64,000 nt of DNA from Candidatus Magasanikiibacteriota bacterium (lineage in GTDB: Bacteria > Patescibacteriota > Patescibacteriia > Magasanikbacterales > GWA2-37-8): assembly GCA_016182085.1 (NCBI GenBank), contig JACOYB010000005.1:66061-130060 (forward strand). The letters run 5' to 3'. Below the pieces are notes generated by a model that was not told the DNA's origin, did not search any database, and saw only the letters and a list, made by a program, of their open reading frames with translations. Shown one piece after another: positions 30,334-39,693 of this stretch (positions within the stretch are counted from its first letter, which is position 1; each line of letters begins with the position of its first letter). A program made the translations under genes and the position numbers.

Positions 30334-31074
30334 TTAAGATTGATTTTCTTTTTTTGCAACTGCCAGTAAAGAAAGTCCCAGTGGCAATGTGCCGAGCAGT
30401 TTAAATACTTTAAGTTCAACAAAATAAACTAAGGACATTGCATAATTTACAAAAACCGAGGACTCTTTTACATCAGAACCGGCATTTTTATTTCCTAAAA
30501 TATTTTTAAGCAGCCGCAGTATAATGGCAGGCAGAAGTATAAACCCATGTATCCAGGAATTTTGCAATACGTTAAGATCGGCGCTGAGCAAAGCGTTTAA
30601 ATCGCTTTTATTATATCTTTTCTTGTGGTGCAATGACTCGTCATGGTATGACCAGAGCCACTGATGGGCAGGCACAGTTACGATAAATAAACCTCCGGGT
30701 TTTAAAACCCGCCTAACTTCCTTTACCGCCAGTTCGGGATTATCTAAATGCTCAAGGACATCTAGAGCAAATACAATATCAAATGTCTCGGCAGAATACG
30801 GCATCCTATCTGCAAACCCTTTCTCCACAGAAAAACCTTTTTGGCGGCAATATTCCAAAGCCGTATCATTCATATCAATGCCTGAAACCAAAAAATTATT
30901 TGAAGCCATCTGTTCCAGCACCGCCCCCGTACCGCAACCCACATCTAAAATCTTCACGGGCTCGCCACTTTTAACATATTTTTTGATTGCGAGGTCTATA
31001 AATTTTCTTTTAGCCGCAAAATACCAATGTTTTTTCTCCAGTTCGCCCATCTTTATATATTCTGCATTTTCCAT
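30334..31074 (-). CDS. Class I SAM-dependent methyltransferase
   Basis: LDVGCGTG, DVLEH, TVPAHQWLWSYHD motifs. Confidence 0.9.
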   Translation of the reverse strand: MENAEYIKMGELEKKHWYFAAKRKFIDLAIKKYVKSGEPVKILDVGCGTGAVLEQMASNNFLVSGIDMNDTALEYCRQKGFSVEKGFADRMPYSAETFDIVFALDVLEHLDNPELAVKEVRRVLKPGGLFIVTVPAHQWLWSYHDESLHHKKRYNKSDLNALLSADLNVLQNSWIHGFILLPAIILRLLKNILGNKNAGSDVKESSVFVNYAMSLVYFVELKVFKLLGTLPLGLSLLAVAKKENQS

Positions 31075-31079
31075 AAATC

Positions 31080-31793
31080 CTATTTATAAAGCCCTTTGAT
31101 TTGATTCATTTTCATCTCAAACAACTCCTTTAAGCTGCTCACAACTGCTTTTAACACATTCACTCTTGAGTCCGTATCATGAGCCCAAACAACCGGCATT
31201 TGTCGCACGATAATTTTCTTTAACTTGGCAATATACAGTAACTCCGTATCAAACCCCCAGCGGTCAATGCGGGCTACAGAAAAAATTTTCTGAGCGGCAA
31301 CTTTAGAGAAACATTTAAATCCACAAGTAAAATCCGTTATACCCGGCACCAATATATTGGAAAGCTTAGTGAACCCTTGGCCCAAAAATGTTCGTATGCC
31401 AGACTCGTATCGTTCAATATGAGAATTTTTTAATCTGCGGCTGCCCACCACTACCTGATCATCAGGTTTTAAAAACTTTATTAGGTTATTAAATTCTTCT
31501 AGCGGCGTAGCTAAATCTATATCAAAAAATATTACCCAATCACCGCTCGCTGCAAAAACTCCTTGCCTGACCGCATAACCTTTGCCCCTATTTTGCTGAT
31601 AAGACACAACCTTGAAGTCGTAATCTTTTTTATAACTATTTAACATTTCCAAGGTTTTATCGCTGGATCCATCATTTACAAAAATAAGCTCGGTTTTTTG
31701 ATCGTGATTTTTAAAAAAATTAAAAATCACGGGAGCTGTTTTAAACAAACGCCGCTCCTCATTAAAGAGAGGTATGATGATTGAAAATAACAT
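31080..31793 (-). CDS. Polyprenyl/dolichyl-phosphate beta-glucosyltransferase (GT2)
   Basis: NDGSSD, NRGKGYAV, DIDLATP, DFTCGFK, WGFDTE motifs. Confidence 0.9.
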   Translation of the reverse strand: MLFSIIIPLFNEERRLFKTAPVIFNFFKNHDQKTELIFVNDGSSDKTLEMLNSYKKDYDFKVVSYQQNRGKGYAVRQGVFAASGDWVIFFDIDLATPLEEFNNLIKFLKPDDQVVVGSRRLKNSHIERYESGIRTFLGQGFTKLSNILVPGITDFTCGFKCFSKVAAQKIFSVARIDRWGFDTELLYIAKLKKIIVRQMPVVWAHDTDSRVNVLKAVVSSLKELFEMKMNQIKGLYK

Positions 31794-31798
31794 AGCTA

Positions 31799-33859
31799 CT
31801 ATTTAGCATCAACTTTAGTAGTGACAGGCGCGGATAGTATTTGGGCTATTACAGCTTGTTCCGGCTGATTAAATACAACTCCATTTTTTTCTGCCAAATC
31901 TAAAACCTCTTTGGCTTTATCCATCTTGCCAATTAATTTATAGATATAAGCCAGGCGCCAATAGCTCTCGCCCACCTTCGGATCGTCATTAATTGTTCCT
32001 TCAATTGCTTTAATCGCTTCGTCGGTTTTGCCGATTTGCAGATAAAAGTTTGCCAAATTATAAATTACTTGCTGGCGTTTTGGAGAATATGTAAGCGCGA
32101 TTTCTAAATTATTGCCGTAGTCTCCAATATATTTTGTATCTCCGGTCAAGGTATACCCCACCTGACTCAACTGAGCCAGCGTTAAATAATTTCGTATATC
32201 ATACGGATGTAAAATAACATTTTCTTTCATGGCTTCAAAAACTATATTAAAGGCTTCCAGAGATTTTTCCTTAGACAATTTACTATTTTCCGACCCTAAT
32301 GCCGAGGAAACCGTGCGAGTCAAATCACTTCTAATATCATCTATATGCGGAGAGTTAAACGCCAAGGCAGCTTTCATGAGTTCTATACCTGCTTCCGGCT
32401 GATAACTTAAGTACTTTAGCGCTTCCAGGGTTTTCATGTTAGCCCTGGCTGGTTGAATATTAAAAATAAATATGAGAAGCAATGCCGCCACGCTTGCAGT
32501 GCTGACTCCACCCATTTTCATCCGCTTATCTGGCGCAGCCACTAGCTTACTGGCTGCTGGCGCGAGATTGGATTCCATGGCTTTAGCGGACAAACCGCCG
32601 ATCATCGCAAGCCAAAACATAAAATATAAATAAGAAGTGGGATTTTCAAAAACCGTCACATTTTGCACCAGATGCGCCGCCAAAAATGAAATGCCCATGA
32701 CCACCACATGCGGATCCATCATCTTTTTTACTCTGGCCATAGTAAGCGCCACCACACCCGCGACAAAGATAAACAGATAACTAACCAACCCGACCAGTCC
32801 TTGCACAGCCAGAGTGTTAACTAAAATATTGTGAGCATTATCAAACCATGTTTCCCCGTAGCCAAAGCGCAAGGATTTGGATTGATAATACTTGTTAAAG
32901 GCGTAAAAGAAATTATTGGGACCCCAGCCAAACACCGGTTTTTCTTTCCAACTGGCCACGGCGGATTCCCACGCAATCCAACGAGGACTGTTTTTAACAC
33001 TCTCAAAAGAAGTTAAAATTGTACGATTAACAGCCGGGATTTTTTGCACAAAACTACTTTCTCTAAATGCATAGAGCAGAGCAATTACAGCCACACCGGC
33101 TACCGCTACCCCAGCCAAGATTTTTCTCGTTTTAGGAAAATCTTTCAACACTATAATATAACCAAGTATCGCTACGCCCATACCGGCAACCAACCCAAGC
33201 ATGGAACCACGGGTACCACTGAAAAACATACCCAGTAAAGCCAACACTCCGGCAGCGGGTTCTAGCCATTTCCAAACTTTATTGGTTTCTTTGATAAAGA
33301 GCAAAAATGATACAAAAATTAAAAACAAACCATAACCACCCACATAAATTGCGTTTCCGAGCGTTGCAATAACACGATCACTGCCTTGATTTAACAAAAA
33401 ATCAGGCTTCACAACTTGAAATAATGCTATCAGCATTACGAGCGTCCCGCCCGTCAAAAATACTTTAAGCGCCTTTTTCCAGTCATCCCACGTCTTAAAT
33501 ACGGAACTGCAGATAAAATAATAGGCAATATAATGAAATATCGTAAACAGTCCTAACATTCTTTCGTGGTTATCCCAAAAACTATGGTACGGATCAACGC
33601 CGGAAAAGGTTGAAATTGTAAAACTGGCAAAAAAGGCGGCCAAAGCCACATTTAATAACGTAAATTTTGGCTTAAACTCCTGCCAATTGATAATTAACAG
33701 CAAAATGTATCCGGCGATCATTAACTCTACCAAAGAACGGAACATTAAAATTTTGGGAACGATAAAAGGAAATATGAAGGAAGCGGGAAAGACAAGCAGC
33801 GGTACAAAAAACGTAGCATAGATTAAAAACTTCATCGCCTTTACTATATTCTGCTTCAT
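31799..33859 (-). CDS. O-antigen ligase / oligosaccharyltransferase family protein with C-terminal TPR
   Basis: TLGNAI, SGTRG, KPVFGWG, AHN motifs; C-terminal TPR-like helices. Confidence 0.88.
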   Translation of the reverse strand: MKQNIVKAMKFLIYATFFVPLLVFPASFIFPFIVPKILMFRSLVELMIAGYILLLIINWQEFKPKFTLLNVALAAFFASFTISTFSGVDPYHSFWDNHERMLGLFTIFHYIAYYFICSSVFKTWDDWKKALKVFLTGGTLVMLIALFQVVKPDFLLNQGSDRVIATLGNAIYVGGYGLFLIFVSFLLFIKETNKVWKWLEPAAGVLALLGMFFSGTRGSMLGLVAGMGVAILGYIIVLKDFPKTRKILAGVAVAGVAVIALLYAFRESSFVQKIPAVNRTILTSFESVKNSPRWIAWESAVASWKEKPVFGWGPNNFFYAFNKYYQSKSLRFGYGETWFDNAHNILVNTLAVQGLVGLVSYLFIFVAGVVALTMARVKKMMDPHVVVMGISFLAAHLVQNVTVFENPTSYLYFMFWLAMIGGLSAKAMESNLAPAASKLVAAPDKRMKMGGVSTASVAALLLIFIFNIQPARANMKTLEALKYLSYQPEAGIELMKAALAFNSPHIDDIRSDLTRTVSSALGSENSKLSKEKSLEAFNIVFEAMKENVILHPYDIRNYLTLAQLSQVGYTLTGDTKYIGDYGNNLEIALTYSPKRQQVIYNLANFYLQIGKTDEAIKAIEGTINDDPKVGESYWRLAYIYKLIGKMDKAKEVLDLAEKNGVVFNQPEQAVIAQILSAPVTTKVDAK

Positions 33860-33938
33860 AATTTTGAATACTTAAATAATATATAAAAGTACATCCGAGG
33901 ACTTCCTCGGCTGTACGCAGCTTAAAATTACATAGAAT

Positions 33939-33967
33939 ATTTTATCTTTTTCTAGGCTACCTGTCAA
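33939..33967 (-). promoter_or_regulatory. Sigma70-type promoter
   Basis: TTGACA-N17-TAAAAT on minus strand. Confidence 0.6.
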
Positions 33968-34110
33968 ATAGTAACAGGGGCGTGAGTACCACTAAAAAGC
34001 GACAAAATTTAATAACCACCTTTAAATAAAAACAATCTTGATGTACTCAAGATTGCTTCCCCCTCTTCCGGGTATATAGCATACCACAAATCTTTAAATA
34101 CCACCAAACA

Positions 34111-34139
34111 TTGACCGACCTGCTATTATTTGGTACTAT
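34111..34139 (+). promoter_or_regulatory. Sigma70-type promoter
   Basis: TTGACC-N17-TACTAT with TG extension, upstream of ATG 34158. Confidence 0.55.
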
Positions 34140-34157
34140 AGGCCACTATAAATAGCT

Positions 34158-35618
34158 ATGTCTCAAGAAAACGTTATAATCAGCTTTGATAAGGTGAACT
34201 TCGCCTATAACCCAAACAAGCCTATTTTGGAAGAGGCCAGTTTTTCGGTGCGCCAAAATTCCAAAATCACTATCATGGGACAAAACGGCGCCGGCAAAAG
34301 CACGATTTTTAAGCTAATTACCAAAGAAATTAAACCAGAAAGCGGGCAAGCAAATGTAAGTCTGGGCTCCACCATCGCGATTGCTACTCAAGTAATGAAA
34401 CCAGAAAATTTAGAAAAAACCATCGAAGAATTCTTTGCTCAGTTGTTTGATAAAAAAATGTATGATCTGCCAAAACGCATTGCCGAGGTTTTGGACATCG
34501 TACACCTAACTGCTCCGCTTGATAAAAAAATAAAACAATTCTCAGGCGGCCAACAAGCCAGGTTACTTTTGGCATACGCGCTTATTCAAAAACCAGATAT
34601 TTTGCTTTTAGACGAACCAACCAACAATTTAGATACAGCTGGCATAGACCACTTAACCGCATTTCTGATGGCTTATCCAAAAACCTGCTTGGTTATTTCT
34701 CACGATGCCAACTTTTTGAATGCCTTTACCGATGGCGTTTTGTATTTGGATTCTTTTACTCAAAAAGTAGAGCAATACGTGGGCGACTACTACAATGTGC
34801 TCGGAGAAATCGAAGCTCGTATTGAACGCGAACGCGCCAAAAATGCTCAATTGCGCCGCAGTATTCAAGATAGAAAAGACAAAGTAAACTTCTTTGCCAA
34901 TAAAGGCGGTAAGATGCGCGCGCTGGCCAGCAAACTTCGCGACCAAATAGAAGAGGCCGAAGAAAATATGGTGGATGAACGCCAAGAAGACAAAACTATA
35001 AATGATTTTACCATCCCCTCTCAACCAGAAATTATCGGGCCAATGGTAGAAATAAAATCGGTAGGAGTGATGATAGAGAGCGTTCCGGTGCACAAAGCAA
35101 TTTCTCCAGCTATTACGGTTCGCAAAAAACAACGGCTGCTTATCAAAGGGCCAAACGGCATTGGTAAGAGCACGCTTCTGCATGCACTAGCCAGCGGCAC
35201 CGAAGAAGGTGCGATTATTACTCCAGATGTTCGCGTTGGTTATTATCGCCAAGATTTTTCCGGTTTAGATTTTGATAAAACCGCTTATCAAGCCCTAGAA
35301 GAAATGATGCCTAATCCGTGGAACCAGGAAATCTATGCCACGGGCGCGCAGTTTTTGCTTTCTTCTCAAATTTTAAAAAATAAAGTTGGATCGCTATCCG
35401 AAGGACAAAAAGGTTTACTGTGCTATGCCAGATTTGTCTTGCAAAAACCCGGCCTCCTTATTATGGATGAGCCGACCAACCATATAAACTTCCGCCACCT
35501 ACCTATTATCGCCAAGGCCTTGGATGATTTTGAAGGCGCGATAATTCTCGTAAGCCACGTTCCGGAATTTGTGGAACAAATTAAGATTGATCAGGTCTTG
35601 GATTTGGAAACTCTCTAA
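34158..35618 (+). CDS. ABC-F family ATP-binding protein
   Basis: Two ABC domains (GQNGAGKS/FSGGQ/LLDEPTN and GPNGIGKS/LSEGQ/MDEPTNH), no TM segments. Confidence 0.93.
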   Translation: MSQENVIISFDKVNFAYNPNKPILEEASFSVRQNSKITIMGQNGAGKSTIFKLITKEIKPESGQANVSLGSTIAIATQVMKPENLEKTIEEFFAQLFDKKMYDLPKRIAEVLDIVHLTAPLDKKIKQFSGGQQARLLLAYALIQKPDILLLDEPTNNLDTAGIDHLTAFLMAYPKTCLVISHDANFLNAFTDGVLYLDSFTQKVEQYVGDYYNVLGEIEARIERERAKNAQLRRSIQDRKDKVNFFANKGGKMRALASKLRDQIEEAEENMVDERQEDKTINDFTIPSQPEIIGPMVEIKSVGVMIESVPVHKAISPAITVRKKQRLLIKGPNGIGKSTLLHALASGTEEGAIITPDVRVGYYRQDFSGLDFDKTAYQALEEMMPNPWNQEIYATGAQFLLSSQILKNKVGSLSEGQKGLLCYARFVLQKPGLLIMDEPTNHINFRHLPIIAKALDDFEGAIILVSHVPEFVEQIKIDQVLDLETL

Positions 35619-35860
35619 AAACTAAGTGGGGATACCGGGAAACTCCAAAGATTTAATGGCTGCCAGAAGTAATCCACATTATTAAAGCTGGAAGACGACA
35701 TATTTTGCAGATCTACCATAAGCCCGGGCACATCGGAAGACCCGCTTTCCAGGCCAATAGATACATTGCTGAAGTTAACATTGTTTAGATTGGTCACAAC
35801 GCTGGGGGCTTTGATGCCGCGCGTGTTGGCATTTTTAACGGTTACACCGATATAAGCTTA
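35615..35860 (-). pseudogene. Probable C-terminal gene remnant (beta-rich surface-protein-like)
   Basis: Frame open for about 80 codons with no convincing start; Asn/Ser/Val-rich. Confidence 0.35.
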
Positions 35861-35917
35861 AGCAGGGTTAATCGAGACAGGTGGCAAACTTTTAAAATTT
35901 ATAACATATATTATAAA

Positions 35918-36334
35918 TTATTCTTTTGTATCTGCAGCAGGTTGATTTAAACAAAATTCTATATAATCCCAGTCTTTTACAATATTTGCCCTATTTTTAT
36001 TAGCTTCTTTTAAGCCTTTAACCTGCGTAGAAAACAAACTACTATCATCTGTATTATCAAGTAGAGTAAAAGATGATTTGATACCACTTAGTCTATTTTT
36101 AATAGTTTCACAATCTGTATACGCATTTAAATTATACTGATTTGCTATGTCTACTAACTGATTGGAAAGCATGCTTTGCATAGCAACTCTAGTAAATATC
36201 TTATCGATATCAGAACTTTCAAGTTTTTCAATTCTCACTTCCAAATCCGCAATCTTTTCTTTGTCTTCATTATTTAAATTGCATCCAGTGCCCATCAAAA
36301 TTATAGCCAAACAAACCAATACTATTTTTTTCAT
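35918..36334 (-). CDS. Hypothetical lipoprotein
   Basis: MKK-hydrophobic-GTGC lipobox-like signal; coiled coil. Confidence 0.75.
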   Translation of the reverse strand: MKKIVLVCLAIILMGTGCNLNNEDKEKIADLEVRIEKLESSDIDKIFTRVAMQSMLSNQLVDIANQYNLNAYTDCETIKNRLSGIKSSFTLLDNTDDSSLFSTQVKGLKEANKNRANIVKDWDYIEFCLNQPAADTKE

Positions 36335-36364
36335 AATTAAACATTAAAATGCTTTTACACAGAC

Positions 36365-37210
36365 TTATTCAGGCACACAAGCATCATCTACTTCAACGAA
36401 CCCTCGTTTACAGTACCAACTTGATCCTAACACATAAGCGTTTGACGGTGCGATTACTTTCTCGCAAGAATTATTAACTTCCCTGTAGCCATTCTTACAA
36501 TACCAGCTTGAACCTAATATGTATGCATTCGGAGGGGCGATAACTTTTACACAAGAATCATTTTCTTCTTTATAGCCATTCTTACAATACCAGCTTGAAC
36601 CTAAAACATAGGCGTTCACTGGGGCAATTACCTTTTCACAACTATCGCCTACTTCTTTATATCCATTCTTGCAGTACCACTGAGAGCCTAAAATATATGC
36701 ATCTTTTGGGGCAATAACTTTTTCGCAAGTTTCACCGATCTGTTTGTAACCATTTTTACAATACCACTCTGAACCCAACACATAAGCGTTTAGAGGCGCT
36801 ATTACTTTCTCACAACTCTCGCCCACTTGCCTATACCCATTCTTACAATACCAATCGGATCCTAATACATAACCATTAGCAGGTGCTTTAACTTTTTCAC
36901 AGGTTTCATCAACTTGCTTATAACCATTCTTACATACCCAACCCATACCAGATGTTAATGCATTTTCTGGAACTTTCTTTAACGGACAATCATAACAGTC
37001 TTTATAATATCCGCTTGGTGGATACACAACTCCGCCACCGGCAGGATATGTTGGATATAAGCATGGATGTCCAGCATCTCCACATGTATAAGAACCAGTA
37101 TCAGAAGGACAGGAGTGCCAACGATGACAACCAGAGCGATGGGCAAAAGCAGGTGCTGATAAAGACAATACCCCTAATAAAACAACTAAAGCTAGTATGT
37201 ATTTTTTCAT
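36365..37210 (-). CDS. Secreted Cys-rich protein with seven 29-aa tandem repeats
   Basis: Signal peptide ending AFA; His/Cys-rich N-domain; repeat CEKVxAPxNAYVLGSxWYCKNGYxxVxxS. Confidence 0.85.
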   Translation of the reverse strand: MKKYILALVVLLGVLSLSAPAFAHRSGCHRWHSCPSDTGSYTCGDAGHPCLYPTYPAGGGVVYPPSGYYKDCYDCPLKKVPENALTSGMGWVCKNGYKQVDETCEKVKAPANGYVLGSDWYCKNGYRQVGESCEKVIAPLNAYVLGSEWYCKNGYKQIGETCEKVIAPKDAYILGSQWYCKNGYKEVGDSCEKVIAPVNAYVLGSSWYCKNGYKEENDSCVKVIAPPNAYILGSSWYCKNGYREVNNSCEKVIAPSNAYVLGSSWYCKRGFVEVDDACVPE

Positions 37211-37331
37211 AACTCTCTATTACGTTTATATTAAAATCCTATCAAAATTACTAAAATTTTACAATATTACAGTAAATCAGTTTTACCCTACCGAGCTCTA
37301 CTACCAAAAAAGAAAGCAAATAATAAATCGA

Positions 37332-37856
37332 CTAAAATGGTATTTCTTCTTTAACTGTAGGTACTAAATTTAAATTTTTCAAACGATACATCATCGCTTC
37401 CTTACTCACCTGATACTGCTCAGCTAGTTTTTTTAAACTTTCACCATTAACATACAAAGCATCTTTAACTTCTCTTTTAAAATCTTCTACTAAAAACTCT
37501 TCCGGCATTAAAAAATTGGCTGCAAAAAGGTCGGCTCTTTTTTCTTTTTGCGGTTTGTCTGTAAGTGATGTCTTATTTCTATAATCAACTGTTACAGTCT
37601 GATCTGTATCAAAAATAAAATGGGCTAACTCATGGGCTATAGTAAAGCGTATTCTGGATTGTCTTTCATCAGAATTAACCCCCATAAGAACTCCCCCATC
37701 TGATTTTCTGATTAAAACCCCTGAATACTCTTTACTGGGAGCGTAGCTTATATTTATCCCATATTGTGCCACGATATATTCAACAGGCACAGGTGCTTTT
37801 TTAATACCAAAACTATCTAAAATTTCTTTTGTTTTTTCAATAGTTAATTCTTTCAT
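37332..37856 (-). CDS. ImmA/IrrE family metallo-endopeptidase
   Basis: RFTIAHELAH (HExxH), ExxAxxFAANFLMP, VSxxAxxYRL. Confidence 0.92.
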   Translation of the reverse strand: MKELTIEKTKEILDSFGIKKAPVPVEYIVAQYGINISYAPSKEYSGVLIRKSDGGVLMGVNSDERQSRIRFTIAHELAHFIFDTDQTVTVDYRNKTSLTDKPQKEKRADLFAANFLMPEEFLVEDFKREVKDALYVNGESLKKLAEQYQVSKEAMMYRLKNLNLVPTVKEEIPF

Positions 37857-37860
37857 ATTT

Positions 37861-38205
37861 TTATGCTATCCAACCTAAGATTTTCCCCCATTCTAAAATC
37901 TTCTCATCTTCACTCTTTATATTTTCTATATCAGTCTTACTTAGCGCAACACCTTCTAATCTTTTCGGAAAAAAACCTGACATCTCACACCCTAACAAGG
38001 AAGACAGCTTCCACAGAGTAACGCCGTTTACATTATTTCTGCCATTCTCTATTTGTGAATATGCAACCCTTGTCATGTTTAACGAATTGGCGATAGTTTG
38101 CATGCTTATTTTCCCTCTCAATTTTATGCGTGCAATTTTAATATTTTTAGCTATTTGCTCCTTTATTTCTTTATCCGCTAGATTGCTCATCTTCTTCTTT
38201 GCCAT
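37861..38205 (-). CDS. XRE-family HTH transcriptional regulator
   Basis: IKIAR...SMQTIANSLNMTRVAYSQIENG HTH_3 pattern. Confidence 0.88.
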   Translation of the reverse strand: MAKKKMSNLADKEIKEQIAKNIKIARIKLRGKISMQTIANSLNMTRVAYSQIENGRNNVNGVTLWKLSSLLGCEMSGFFPKRLEGVALSKTDIENIKSEDEKILEWGKILGWIA

Positions 38206-38314
38206 ACTTATTATAATATAAGTCTTGCTTTCTTCCTATGTGTACAGAAAGTAATTTTTTATTAACTTATAAACTTTTAATTACTATTAAGATATAAATG
38301 TTTATATATGTAAA

Positions 38315-38343
38315 ACTATAACAAATACTTTACAACTTGTCAA
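38315..38343 (-). promoter_or_regulatory. Promoter for XRE-ImmA operon
   Basis: TTGACA-N17-TATAGT on minus strand. Confidence 0.65.
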
Positions 38344-38357
38344 ATTAGCGCTAGAAT
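38329..38357 (+). promoter_or_regulatory. Promoter for DUF3892-like genes, overlapping the divergent promoter
   Basis: TTTACA-N17-TAGAAT. Confidence 0.6.
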
Positions 38358-38436
38358 AAGATCAAGTTAAAGGGTTCTTTGCTAAAAAGCTGGTCGATAT
38401 TGAACCCGATTATTCATTAAGCGAATATATAAAAAT

Positions 38437-38733
38437 ATGGCAATCAAAATTAATTGTATCAATAAAGATAATGGCGATCACTATGATCCACACGAGGCTA
38501 TCATTAACCTCGGCTGGCTAGAGGAAGCCACTAACAAGCATGGGGTAAACACTCGGCTAGAAATGGTAGCGTTCATAGAAAATGAGGGGGGCCAAGCATA
38601 TGTCAAAGATGCATATGGAAATAAGGCTTACTTGGTAGTAAGAGAATCTCCGTGGGGAAATAAGTATATGAAAACTATGGCAGATGGTAGAGAAACTAAT
38701 AACTTACTGGCATTATCTGAGTGCCAACGTTAG
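38437..38733 (+). CDS. DUF3892-like protein
   Basis: I.CINK...HEAI..LG...YMKTMADG..TNNLLAL.EC pattern. Confidence 0.75.
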   Translation: MAIKINCINKDNGDHYDPHEAIINLGWLEEATNKHGVNTRLEMVAFIENEGGQAYVKDAYGNKAYLVVRESPWGNKYMKTMADGRETNNLLALSECQR

Positions 38734-38852
38734 TTCAATAGAAATAGAATAAGGTGGTGGTGCGACTTAGAAACCTAACTGTTGCTCCACCACTCTTCCT
38801 AATACGCGAGCGTAGTCGAACTCGTAACACTTTATTTAAACTAATTAAAAGT

Positions 38853-39062
38853 ATGACACGCATCAGAGGAAACCAAGACGGCCCAAATGGCCGCAATGAA
38901 AGTTACCGCATTGGTAGCAGAAATCATGTCCCACGAGTTCAGGCTGTACGAGAAGTTGAACAAGGTAAACATCCGGGAGCTCATGTGGTAAATATAAACC
39001 ACAGAAATTACGTACGTGATAATCCAGATAGTTCTACAAAAGACAACGTAAATCAAAAATAG
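38853..39062 (+). CDS. Small DUF3892-like protein (69 aa)
   Basis: ATG 38853; C-terminal YVRDNPDSSTKDNV resembles the DUF3892 Y.R..PD....DNL motif. Confidence 0.65.
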   Translation: MTRIRGNQDGPNGRNESYRIGSRNHVPRVQAVREVEQGKHPGAHVVNINHRNYVRDNPDSSTKDNVNQK

Positions 39063-39071
39063 GACAGGCAT

Positions 39072-39100
39072 ATAAAAGAGCCCTTACTGGGTTCTTTTAT
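39072..39100. terminator. Intrinsic terminator after DUF3892-like genes
   Basis: ATAAAAGAGCCC-TTACT-GGGTTCTTTTAT. Confidence 0.7.
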
Positions 39101-39336
39101 ATTATATGTAAATTAAGCAATAACCAGAAGATTTTTACTCATTTTCTAGATATACACCAGTACATTGCTTTATTTTTACACTAAACGACGATATATGAGT
39201 CGATACTTTGGCTTTAATCAGCTTGTGCATATCGGTTCATTGTCTTTGTTTTTCCTGTATGTTAGAATAATATCGACATTTACCAGTCGATATACAATTT
39301 AAAGACCTAAACCTTTATAATTAAAATATATAAACA

Positions 39337-39370
39337 AATAACCCTCCCGAATTAGGAAGGGTTATTTTTG
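39337..39370. terminator. Bidirectional intrinsic terminator
   Basis: AATAACCCTCC...GGAAGGGTTATTTTT hairpin downstream of the DUF378 gene. Confidence 0.6.
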
Positions 39371-39382
39371 TTTTAAAAAATT

Positions 39383-39610
39383 CTACATCATCGGTTTTGC
39401 TTCGCAAGCTTTGCAATCTTTTTTGTGGCACAACGCCAATTCTACGGCTGATAAACCAACTAAAACGTATATCACTCTGGAAACCATTGCGCCTTGGCCG
39501 CCGAAAAGCGCGCCTACATCCCAACCAAATAATCCTACCAAGAGCCAGTTTACGCCTCCCACTATTACTAGCGCGAAAGCTACCATATGAAGCCATTTGT
39601 TTTGTTTCAT
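39383..39610 (-). CDS. DUF378 family small membrane protein
   Basis: LVIVGGVNWLLVG...IYVLVGLSA; GAGGAGG SD upstream of ATG 39610. Confidence 0.88.
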   Translation of the reverse strand: MKQNKWLHMVAFALVIVGGVNWLLVGLFGWDVGALFGGQGAMVSRVIYVLVGLSAVELALCHKKDCKACEAKPMM

Positions 39611-39693
39611 AATGTCACCTCCTCTCAATACAACTTAAGAGACTACCTTCTACGAACCAAAATCTGACCTGTATATTGTATCACACATTTTCT

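Noticed and set aside
35900-39300. Prophage or ICE
   Set aside because: No integrase, structural or conjugation genes and no att direct repeats found by eye.
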